Assembly: GCA_015059845.1 (NCBI GenBank)
Contig: SUZR01000011.1
Location: forward strand, 2,845-66,844
Direction: 5' to 3'
Source: Rikenellaceae bacterium
GTDB lineage: Bacteria > Bacteroidota > Bacteroidia > Bacteroidales > Rikenellaceae
Length of the DNA stretch: 64,000 nt
Shown: positions 57,191 to 64,000 of the stretch, piece by piece
How positions within the stretch are numbered: position 1 is the first letter of the stretch
Layout of the letters: each line of letters opens with the position of its first letter
The notes under the pieces: model-generated
What the model saw: only the letters and a program-made list of their open reading frames with translations
Databases searched by the model: none
Told to the model about the DNA's origin: nothing
Made by a program: the position numbers and the translations under genes

Positions 57191-57745
57191 TTACATCTTC
57201 TTACCTACGTTGGTCTTCTTTGCAACGGGTGCAGCCTTAGCTGTTGTAGCCTTAGGAGCCTTGGGAGCCTTAGCCTTTACTACTGTTGCATCCTCAACTG
57301 CGTCGGTCTTCTTTGTTGACTTGCGTGAACGACGAGTCTTGGGCTTAGCCTCCTCGATAGAAACTACCTTACCGAAGGTATATGCCTCGTTGAAATCAAC
57401 GAACTCGATGATACACATATCCGCTGCGTCACCCAGACGGAAGCCCGTCTTCAAGATGCGGGTGTAGCCACCGGGACGCTCTGCAATCTTGGGAGCGATG
57501 GTGCGGAACAACTCAGTTACGGCCTCCTTCTGCTTGAGGTATGAGAAAACTACACGACGTGAGTGGGTAGTGTCCTCCTTTGACTTGGTTACCAGAGGCT
57601 CAACAAACTGCTGTACAGCCTTTGCCTTAGCTACCGTAGTCTCGATACGCTTGTGCAGAATAAGCGACGATGCCATATTTGAAAGCATAGCCTTACGGTG
57701 GCCAGCCTGACGGCCAAGGTGGTTAAAATTCTTATTGTGTCTCAT
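57191..57745 (-). CDS. rplQ: 50S ribosomal protein L17 with Lys/Ala-rich C-terminal tail
   Basis: [26 protein letters not shown] and [10 protein letters not shown] motifs. Confidence 0.98.
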   Translation of the reverse strand: MRHNKNFNHLGRQAGHRKAMLSNMASSLILHKRIETTVAKAKAVQQFVEPLVTKSKEDTTHSRRVVFSYLKQKEAVTELFRTIAPKIAERPGGYTRILKTGFRLGDAADMCIIEFVDFNEAYTFGKVVSIEEAKPKTRRSRKSTKKTDAVEDATVVKAKAPKAPKATTAKAAPVAKKTNVGKKM

Positions 57746-57747
57746 AA

Positions 57748-58740
57748 TTATTCTTTATCAAGTTTGTAGAGTGATACGTCCATTCCGAACTTAAGATTCA
57801 ACGATGCCAGCAGCTCGTCCAACTCGGTGAGCGACTTCTTACCGAAGTTACGGAACTTCAGAAGGTCGTTGCGGTTGAGCTTAACCAAATCGCCTACGGT
57901 GTCAACATCAGCAGCCTTCAAGCAGTTCAAAGCGCGAACGCTCAAATCCTGGTCTGAAAGCTTGGTCTTCAGAAGCTGACGCATACGCAATGCCTCATCG
58001 TCCAAAGTATCATTATCGCTGGTGTCGTCCATATTGATTGTGATTTTCTCGTCCGAGAAGAGCATAAAGTGCTGGATCAATATCTTGGCGGCCTCTTTCA
58101 AAGCCTCCTTGGGATGAATCGAACCGTCGGTAGTAATCTCCAAATTCAACTTTTCATAGTCGGTCTTCTGCTCGACGCGGTAATCCTCAATCGAGTACTT
58201 GACGTTCTTGATGGGTGTGAAGATAGAGTCAATCGGAAGAACATCAATCTCCTGTGCGGCTGATGCGTTCTCCTCCGAAGGCACATATCCGCGGCCCTTA
58301 CCGATAGTAATCGTAATCTGCATCTTTGTGCCAGGGGCAAGGTGGCAGATAACGAGCTCGGGGTTAAGAACCTTGAATGATGAGAGGTAGTTAGAGATAT
58401 AACCTGCTGTAAGCTCGGTTACGCCTGCTACGTTTACGGTAACCTTCTCAGAGTCCTGATTATCTACCGTACGAAGGAAACGTACCTGCTTGAGCTTGAG
58501 GATGATATCCATCATACCCTCCATCACACCCGGGATAGCGGCAAACTCATTGTTCACTCCGGCTACCTTTACGGTCGTAATTGCATAACCCTCCAACGAT
58601 GAGAGCAAAACGCGTCGCAAAGCGTTGCCGACAGTCATACCGAAGCCAGGCTCCAACGGACGGAACTCAAACTTTCCGAACGAGGCGGTAGCTTCGAGCA
58701 TAATAACCTTTTCAGGTTTCTGGAATGCTAAAATTGCCAT
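57748..58740 (-). CDS. rpoA: RNA polymerase alpha subunit
   Basis: [28 protein letters not shown] and [18 protein letters not shown] motifs. Confidence 0.98.
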   Translation of the reverse strand: MAILAFQKPEKVIMLEATASFGKFEFRPLEPGFGMTVGNALRRVLLSSLEGYAITTVKVAGVNNEFAAIPGVMEGMMDIILKLKQVRFLRTVDNQDSEKVTVNVAGVTELTAGYISNYLSSFKVLNPELVICHLAPGTKMQITITIGKGRGYVPSEENASAAQEIDVLPIDSIFTPIKNVKYSIEDYRVEQKTDYEKLNLEITTDGSIHPKEALKEAAKILIQHFMLFSDEKITINMDDTSDNDTLDDEALRMRQLLKTKLSDQDLSVRALNCLKAADVDTVGDLVKLNRNDLLKFRNFGKKSLTELDELLASLNLKFGMDVSLYKLDKE

Positions 58741-58765
58741 AAAACGATTGAATTTGAATTAATTA

Positions 58766-59371
58766 CTACTTAGAGTACAGCTCGACGATAAGCTGCTCCT
58801 TAATGTTCTCGGGAATCTCCTCGCGCTCGGGCTTCTGAAGGAACTTGCCACTCATAGTAGCGCCGTCCCACTCAAGCCAAGCGTAGCGACTGCGTGAACC
58901 CGATACTGCAGTAGTGATTACCTCCAAACTCTTTGACTTCTCGCGTACTGACACGATGTCGCCAACCTTAAGCTGATATGAAGGAATGTTTACAACCTGA
59001 CCGTTGACGCAGATGTGGCGGTGTGAAACCAGCTGACGTGCTGCGGCACGGGTGGGGGCGATGCCCAGACGGTAAACTACGTTGTCCAGACGGCACTCCA
59101 GAAGCTTCAACAGGTTCTCACCAGTGATACCGCCCATACGAGCTGCGGCCTCATAGGTGCGTGCGAACTGCTTCTCCAGGATACCGTAAGTGTACTTTGC
59201 CTTCTGCTTCTCTGAAAGCTGCTCGCCGTACTCAGAGTTCTTCTTACGCTTGCGAGCAAGACCGTGCTGTCCGGGAGGATAGTTACGCTTCTCAAGCACC
59301 TTATCCGCACCATAAATGGCCTCGCCGAACTTACGAGCGATCTTTGATTTTGGTCCAATATATCTTGCCAT
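58766..59371 (-). CDS. rpsD: 30S ribosomal protein S4
   Basis: [26 protein letters not shown] and ARQLVSH motifs. Confidence 0.98.
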   Translation of the reverse strand: MARYIGPKSKIARKFGEAIYGADKVLEKRNYPPGQHGLARKRKKNSEYGEQLSEKQKAKYTYGILEKQFARTYEAAARMGGITGENLLKLLECRLDNVVYRLGIAPTRAAARQLVSHRHICVNGQVVNIPSYQLKVGDIVSVREKSKSLEVITTAVSGSRSRYAWLEWDGATMSGKFLQKPEREEIPENIKEQLIVELYSK

Positions 59372-59452
59372 TGTTTTACTGTTTTTTAGTGTTTGTTAAA
59401 GTCTTTGTTAAAGTCTTTTCAAGTGTAATGTGCTACGCTCTGTGCGTCGGCA

Positions 59453-59842
59453 TTATACGCGACGACGGTTAGGAGCACGGCAACCGTTGTGGGGCAGCGG
59501 AGTAACGTCGATAATCTCCATTACCTCGATACCTGCACCGTGGATGGTACGAACGGCGCTCTCACGACCCTGACCAGGACCCTTAACATAAACCTTAACC
59601 TTACGCAAGCCCATATCGTAGGCAACCTTTGCGCAATCTGCCGCTGCAGTCTGCGCTGCATAGGGAGTATTCTTCTTCGAGCCGCGGAAACCCATCTTAC
59701 CAGCTGATGACCAGCTGATAACCTCACCAACCTCGTTAGTGATGGTGATGATTACGTTGTTGAAAGTAGAGTGCACAAAAGCCATTCCGAGGGCACCAAC
59801 CTTAACAACCTTCTTCTTAACTGTTCCAGTTTTCTTTGCCAT
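59453..59842 (-). CDS. rpsK: 30S ribosomal protein S11
   Basis: [19 protein letters not shown] and [11 protein letters not shown] motifs. Confidence 0.98.
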   Translation of the reverse strand: MAKKTGTVKKKVVKVGALGMAFVHSTFNNVIITITNEVGEVISWSSAGKMGFRGSKKNTPYAAQTAAADCAKVAYDMGLRKVKVYVKGPGQGRESAVRTIHGAGIEVMEIIDVTPLPHNGCRAPNRRRV

Positions 59843-59858
59843 AATAACTTCCTATTTA

Positions 59859-60239
59859 TTACTTCGTTGCCTTTTTCTTGTTTGCTACAGTCTTCTTGCG
59901 ACCCTTGCGAGTACGTGCATTGTTCTTGGTTGACTGACCACGAACGGGAAGACCAAGACGGTGACGGATACCACGGTAGCAACCGATGTCCATCAAACGC
60001 TTGATGTTGAGCTGTACGAGTGAACGGCACTCGCCCTCCACCTTCAAGCCCATCTCAGCGATGGTTGCACGGATTGCGCCGACCTGATCGTCAGTCCAGT
60101 CGCATACTTTAATATTTTCGTCAATTCCAGCTGTTGCCAGAATCTTGCTCGACGTGCTGCGACCGATACCATAGATGTATGTAAGGCCGATAACGCCGCG
60201 CTTGTTTTTTGGTAAATCTACACCAACTATACGTGCCAT
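59859..60239 (-). CDS. rpsM: 30S ribosomal protein S13
   Basis: [18 protein letters not shown] and [18 protein letters not shown] motifs. Confidence 0.98.
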   Translation of the reverse strand: MARIVGVDLPKNKRGVIGLTYIYGIGRSTSSKILATAGIDENIKVCDWTDDQVGAIRATIAEMGLKVEGECRSLVQLNIKRLMDIGCYRGIRHRLGLPVRGQSTKNNARTRKGRKKTVANKKKATK

Positions 60240-60275
60240 AAATTAATTTCTTTACTTTAATTAATCGTTTGAATA

Positions 60276-60392
60276 TTACCCTTGGCGCATTTTGAACTTA
60301 GGATTCTTCTTGCAGATTACGTACAACTTACCCTTACGGCGTACGATCTTGCAATCCTCACTTCTTTTCTTGATTGATGCTTTTACTTTCAT
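60276..60392 (-). CDS. rpmJ: 50S ribosomal protein L36 (absent from the ORF track)
   Basis: Manual translation [38 protein letters not shown]. Confidence 0.97.
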   Translation of the reverse strand: MKVKASIKKRSEDCKIVRRKGKLYVICKKNPKFKMRQG

Positions 60393-60411
60393 AATTTTCA
60401 AGCAATCTTAA

Positions 60412-60630
60412 TTATTTGTACCTAAAGGATATGCGACCCTTACTCAAATCGTAGGGGGTCATCTCCACTTTGACCTTATCTCCGGGCAGGATTTTGATAT
60501 AGTGCATACGCATCTTGCCTGAGATATGAGCCGTGATAACGTGTCCGTTATCCAATTCTACGCGGAACATAGCGTTCGACAACGCCTCGATAATTGTTCC
60601 GTCGCGTTCGATAGCAGTTTGTTTTGCCAT
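60412..60630 (-). CDS. infA: Translation initiation factor IF-1
   Basis: [33 protein letters not shown]. Confidence 0.98.
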   Translation of the reverse strand: MAKQTAIERDGTIIEALSNAMFRVELDNGHVITAHISGKMRMHYIKILPGDKVKVEMTPYDLSKGRISFRYK

Positions 60631-60636
60631 AGAGTC

Positions 60637-61413
60637 TTACTTAATATTAAGTGCCTGTTCGATTATATTAAAGTCTGTCAACACGTCGGGACCATCACGG
60701 CGGATTGCCACTGCGAACTCAAAGTGAGCCGAGGGTTTACGGTCCTTAGTGCGCACGGTCCAGCCGTCGCGCTCAAAGACTACTGCCTTCGTGCCCATAT
60801 TAATCATAGGCTCGATGCAGATTACCATACCCTCCTTCAACAGTGGTCCTCTGCCACGTGCGCCGAAATTTGGTACACCCGGGGCCTCGTGCATTTTCCT
60901 GCCCACTCCGTGACCTTCCAACTCGCGCACTACGCCGTAGCCGAAGCTTTCGGCGTACTCTTGCACTACTGCCGAGATATCGCCTACGCGATTACCGGCC
61001 TTTGCCTGTGCAGTACCTTTATAAAGAGCTTCTTTGGTGACTTCAAGAAGTTTGCGTGCCTCCGCGCTAACCTCGCCAACGGCGAACGTATATGCCGAAT
61101 CACCAACAAACCCCTTCAAAAACGTACCCAAATCCACCGATACGATGTCGCCCTCCTCGATGACTCTGTCGCCCGGGATGCCGTGTACGACCTGCTCGTT
61201 AACCGAGATGCAAGCCGATGCGGGATAACCCTGATAACCCAAGAATGCAGGCTCGGCACCGTTGGCGCGGATAAAATCCTCGGCAATGCGGTCCAACTCG
61301 CGCGTTGTAATACCCGGACGGATATGCTTACCCACCTCAGCCAATGCTCGGCTTACAAGGATATTGTTCTCGCGCAGAATCTCAATCTCTGCATCTGTCT
61401 TTAGATGAATCAT
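60637..61413 (-). CDS. map: Methionine aminopeptidase type I
   Basis: CISVNEQVVHGIP, GDSAYTF, GHGVG..HEAP, EPMIN and SAHFE motifs. Confidence 0.97.
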   Translation of the reverse strand: MIHLKTDAEIEILRENNILVSRALAEVGKHIRPGITTRELDRIAEDFIRANGAEPAFLGYQGYPASACISVNEQVVHGIPGDRVIEEGDIVSVDLGTFLKGFVGDSAYTFAVGEVSAEARKLLEVTKEALYKGTAQAKAGNRVGDISAVVQEYAESFGYGVVRELEGHGVGRKMHEAPGVPNFGARGRGPLLKEGMVICIEPMINMGTKAVVFERDGWTVRTKDRKPSAHFEFAVAIRRDGPDVLTDFNIIEQALNIK

Positions 61414-61523
61414 CGTGTTGTGTTTTCTGTTTGCGGCGCGCCGACAAGCGACGCGCGCTCACATTCCTTATAATATATCTACTTTAGACAACCGATTTTA
61501 ACCTATTATCAATCGGTGACTCA

Positions 61524-62897
61524 TTAATAACGTCCCTGGATACGTCCGGTCTTCATCAAACCGTCATAGTGACGCATCAGCAAGTAGCTCTCAATCTGCT
61601 TCAGAGTGTCGAGAACAACACCAACCATAATCAGCAATGAAGTACCGCCATAGAAATAAGCGAAGCTCTGCTGAACACCCAAGAACTTCATTGCAAGACC
61701 GGGCATAATTGCCACAAGTGCAAGGAAGATTGAGCCGGGAAGAGTGATTCTCGTCATAATGGTATCGATATAGCTTACGGTCTGCTTACCAGGCTTAACA
61801 CCGGGGATAAAGCCACCGTTACGCTTCATATCGTCGGCCATCATTTGAGGGTTGATGATAATTGCCGTATAGAAATAGGTAAAGGCAATTACCAACACAG
61901 CCAGCGTAAAGTTATACCAGAAACCCTGGATGTTTGCAAATGTTGCCTGCAAACCGGGAATCAAGGCAGGAATCATAACAAGAGCCTGTGCGAAGATGAT
62001 AGGCATCACGTTAGCTGCATTCATCTTCAAGGGGATGTACTGACGTACACCGCCGTACTGCTTGTTACCGATAATACGCTTTGCATACTGTACAGGTACC
62101 TTACGTACAGCCTGGATGACTGCGATAGATACCAAGAACACCAAGAACAGTAGGGCAAGCTCGACCACAAACATAATAAGGCTACCCGTCGAGGTGCTTA
62201 CGCGAGCCGTGAACTCGGCCAGCAAAGCTTGAGGCAGACGAGCAACAATACCAATCATAATGATCATTGAAATACCGTTACCGATACCCTTGTCCGTAAT
62301 ACGCTCACCGAGCCACATAGTAAACATTGTACCTGCGATGAGGATAACTGTCGCATAGGCGAAGAAGTAGAATGTACCTCCATAAACAAATGCCTCGTGG
62401 GGCAACTGGTGATAGAGGTTGGCCATGTAAGCAGGACCCTGGATACAGAGCACCACGATCGTAAGCAAACGTGTCCACTGGTTCATCTTGCGGCGACCGC
62501 TCTCACCCTCCTTCTGCAACTTCTGAACTGCGGGGACCATAATACCCAACAGCTGAATGATGATAGAAGCGGTGATGTACGGCATAACTCCGAGTGCGAA
62601 AATCGCAGCGTTGGCAAATGCACCACCAGAGAATACGTCAAGCAAACCCAACAATGAGTTGCTGTTCATCTGGTCTGCCAAAGCCGAATCAGCGCCCAAC
62701 ATATTGGGGTTGATACCCGGAATGACCACAAAACATCCCAAACGATATACAAGCAGGAGGCCAATCGTATAGAAGATACGCTTGCGCAGCTCCTCAATCT
62801 TGTACATGTTTTTCAATGTTTCAACGAGTTTCTTGTTGGTTGCCAGAAGCAATACGACGATTGCAACTAACACACCAGCAATCAGATAACCGTTCAT
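61524..62897 (-). CDS. secY: Preprotein translocase SecY with an N-terminal hydrophobic extension
   Basis: IFALGVMPYITASII, WLGERITDKGIGNGISM, IPGVKPG and GGTSLLIMVGV motifs; no ATG at the usual start position. Confidence 0.97.
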   Translation of the reverse strand: MNGYLIAGVLVAIVVLLLATNKKLVETLKNMYKIEELRKRIFYTIGLLLVYRLGCFVVIPGINPNMLGADSALADQMNSNSLLGLLDVFSGGAFANAAIFALGVMPYITASIIIQLLGIMVPAVQKLQKEGESGRRKMNQWTRLLTIVVLCIQGPAYMANLYHQLPHEAFVYGGTFYFFAYATVILIAGTMFTMWLGERITDKGIGNGISMIIMIGIVARLPQALLAEFTARVSTSTGSLIMFVVELALLFLVFLVSIAVIQAVRKVPVQYAKRIIGNKQYGGVRQYIPLKMNAANVMPIIFAQALVMIPALIPGLQATFANIQGFWYNFTLAVLVIAFTYFYTAIIINPQMMADDMKRNGGFIPGVKPGKQTVSYIDTIMTRITLPGSIFLALVAIMPGLAMKFLGVQQSFAYFYGGTSLLIMVGVVLDTLKQIESYLLMRHYDGLMKTGRIQGRY

Positions 62898-62916
62898 ATT
62901 AATTTAAGTTTTAAGG

Positions 62917-63363
62917 TTACAACTTTTCTACACTACCGCCAGCAGCTACGATTGCAGCCTCGGCGCTCTTAGAGAAAGCGTGAGCTGTTACGGTGAGAGC
63001 CTTTGATACGCTACCGTTACCCAGAATCTTAACTCGGTCGTTAGACGAGATAAAACCTGCACCGATCAAAGTGTCAATGTTGATAGTTGCGAGCTCCTTC
63101 TTAGCTGCAAGCTCCTCCAAAGTAGAGAGGTTGATGGGCTTGTACTCTACGCGCTTCAAGTTCTTGAAACCGAACTTAGGAAGACGACGCTGCAAAGGCA
63201 TCTGACCGCCCTCGAAACCGAGCTTGCGAGAGTAACCCGAACGCGACTTGGCACCCTTAAGACCACGGGTTGAGTAACCACCGTGACCAGAACCTGCACC
63301 GCGACCCACGCGCTTATCGTGGTGTGTAGAACCCTTAGCGGGCTTCAAATTATTGAGTTCCAT
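62917..63363 (-). CDS. rplO: 50S ribosomal protein L15
   Basis: RVGRGAGSG, GFEGGQMPLQRRLPKFGF and VKILGNG motifs. Confidence 0.98.
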   Translation of the reverse strand: MELNNLKPAKGSTHHDKRVGRGAGSGHGGYSTRGLKGAKSRSGYSRKLGFEGGQMPLQRRLPKFGFKNLKRVEYKPINLSTLEELAAKKELATINIDTLIGAGFISSNDRVKILGNGSVSKALTVTAHAFSKSAEAAIVAAGGSVEKL

Positions 63364-63390
63364 CTTCAGAATTTCTTTTTTGAGTTAAAC

Positions 63391-63573
63391 TTACTTTACC
63401 TCCTCGACTACTACGAGGTGCTTCACGCGCTCGAGCATACCCTTGATGATTACTGAATCAGAGTGCTCTACGCTCTGGTTAATCTTACGAAGACCCAAAG
63501 CTGCGAGATTCTTGCGCTGCTGCGCTGTCGTACCAATCTGGCTACGAACCTGTGTGATTTTCAACTTTGCCAT
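63391..63573 (-). CDS. rpmD: 50S ribosomal protein L30
   Basis: MAKLKITQVRSQIG..LGLRKINQSVEH. Confidence 0.97.
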   Translation of the reverse strand: MAKLKITQVRSQIGTTAQQRKNLAALGLRKINQSVEHSDSVIIKGMLERVKHLVVVEEVK

Positions 63574-63587
63574 TGTCATTCAATAAA

Positions 63588-64000
63588 TTAACCGTTAAAC
63601 ACCTTAGTCATTGAGATACCGCGCAACTGTGCTACGCTGTGTGCATCGCGCAACTCGCAAAGTGCACCTACGGTAGCCTTAACGAGGTTGTGGGGGTTAG
63701 ATGAACCCTTGCTCTTTGCAAGCACGTTCTTAACACCTACTGACTCCAATACGGCACGCATTGCACCACCGGCGATGATACCGGTACCGGGAGCTGCCGG
63801 ACGAATCATAACCTCTGAACCACCGAAACGCATCTCCTGCTTGTGGGGAATTGTACCGTTGATTACGGGGATCTTCACCAAATTCTTCTTTGCATCCTCT
63901 ACACCCTTAGCGATTGCTGAGGTTACCTCCGATGCCTTACCGAGGCCGTAACCTACAACACCGTTCTCGTTACCTACAACAACGATTGCAGAGAAGCTAA
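63588..64000 (-). CDS. rpsE: 30S ribosomal protein S5 (5' end outside the window)
   Basis: [34 protein letters not shown] and GSSNPHN motifs; ORF runs off the window edge. Confidence 0.97.
   Translation of the reverse strand, partial: SFSAIVVVGNENGVVGYGLGKASEVTSAIAKGVEDAKKNLVKIPVINGTIPHKQEMRFGGSEVMIRPAAPGTGIIAGGAMRAVLESVGVKNVLAKSKGSSNPHNLVKATVGALCELRDAHSVAQLRGISMTKVFNG

Noticed and set aside
56903-57319. ORFs of 138 aa (+) and 70 aa (-) over rod RNA 2 and rplQ
   Set aside because: They overlap rplQ, its terminator or the structured RNA, and show no protein-like features.
57191-57370. Lys/Ala-rich C-terminal tail of L17
   Set aside because: Such extensions are common in Bacteroidota L17.
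60276-60392. L36 lacking a full zinc-binding motif
   Set aside because: This is the ordinary form in Bacteroidota.

Overview
Chromosomal window from a Bacteroidota bacterium, probably Rikenellaceae/Alistipes-like (inferred from TAnnTTTG promoters, futalosine genes mqnB/mqnD, an EF-G2 paralog and Bacteroidales-type ribosomal proteins). It is mostly housekeeping: cca, pdxJ, nadK-uppS-bamA-skp-skp, PBP1A-asd, cstA, tRNA-Thr(CGT), GH92 and two GH78-like enzymes, tsaC, yebC, a cobalamin-riboswitch-led B12 uptake operon, mqnB/mqnD, pepP, a U32 protein, a polyprenyl synthase, a ROK kinase, an M28 peptidase, EF-G2 and the distal spc/alpha ribosomal operon (partial rpsE to rplQ). I found no transposase, integrase, CRISPR array or rRNA. 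The main signal is non-coding. Two intergenic elements 33 kb apart (23281-23554 on +, 57029-56770 on -) each start just after a consensus -7 box and fold into a ~260-275 nt unbranched rod. They share four short sequence blocks, have three stems with unrelated sequence but the same pairing, and both encode the same alternative 3' hairpin. This suggests an unannotated family of two-state structured RNAs. Other observations: a 168-bp tandem repeat built on the tRNA-Thr 3' end, a 121-bp MITE-like palindrome, dispersed 9-bp and 23-bp repeats, tandem B12-locus lipoproteins with a homogenised 5' half, and a SecY with an extra N-terminal hydrophobic segment. All folds and identities were derived by eye and need computational confirmation.
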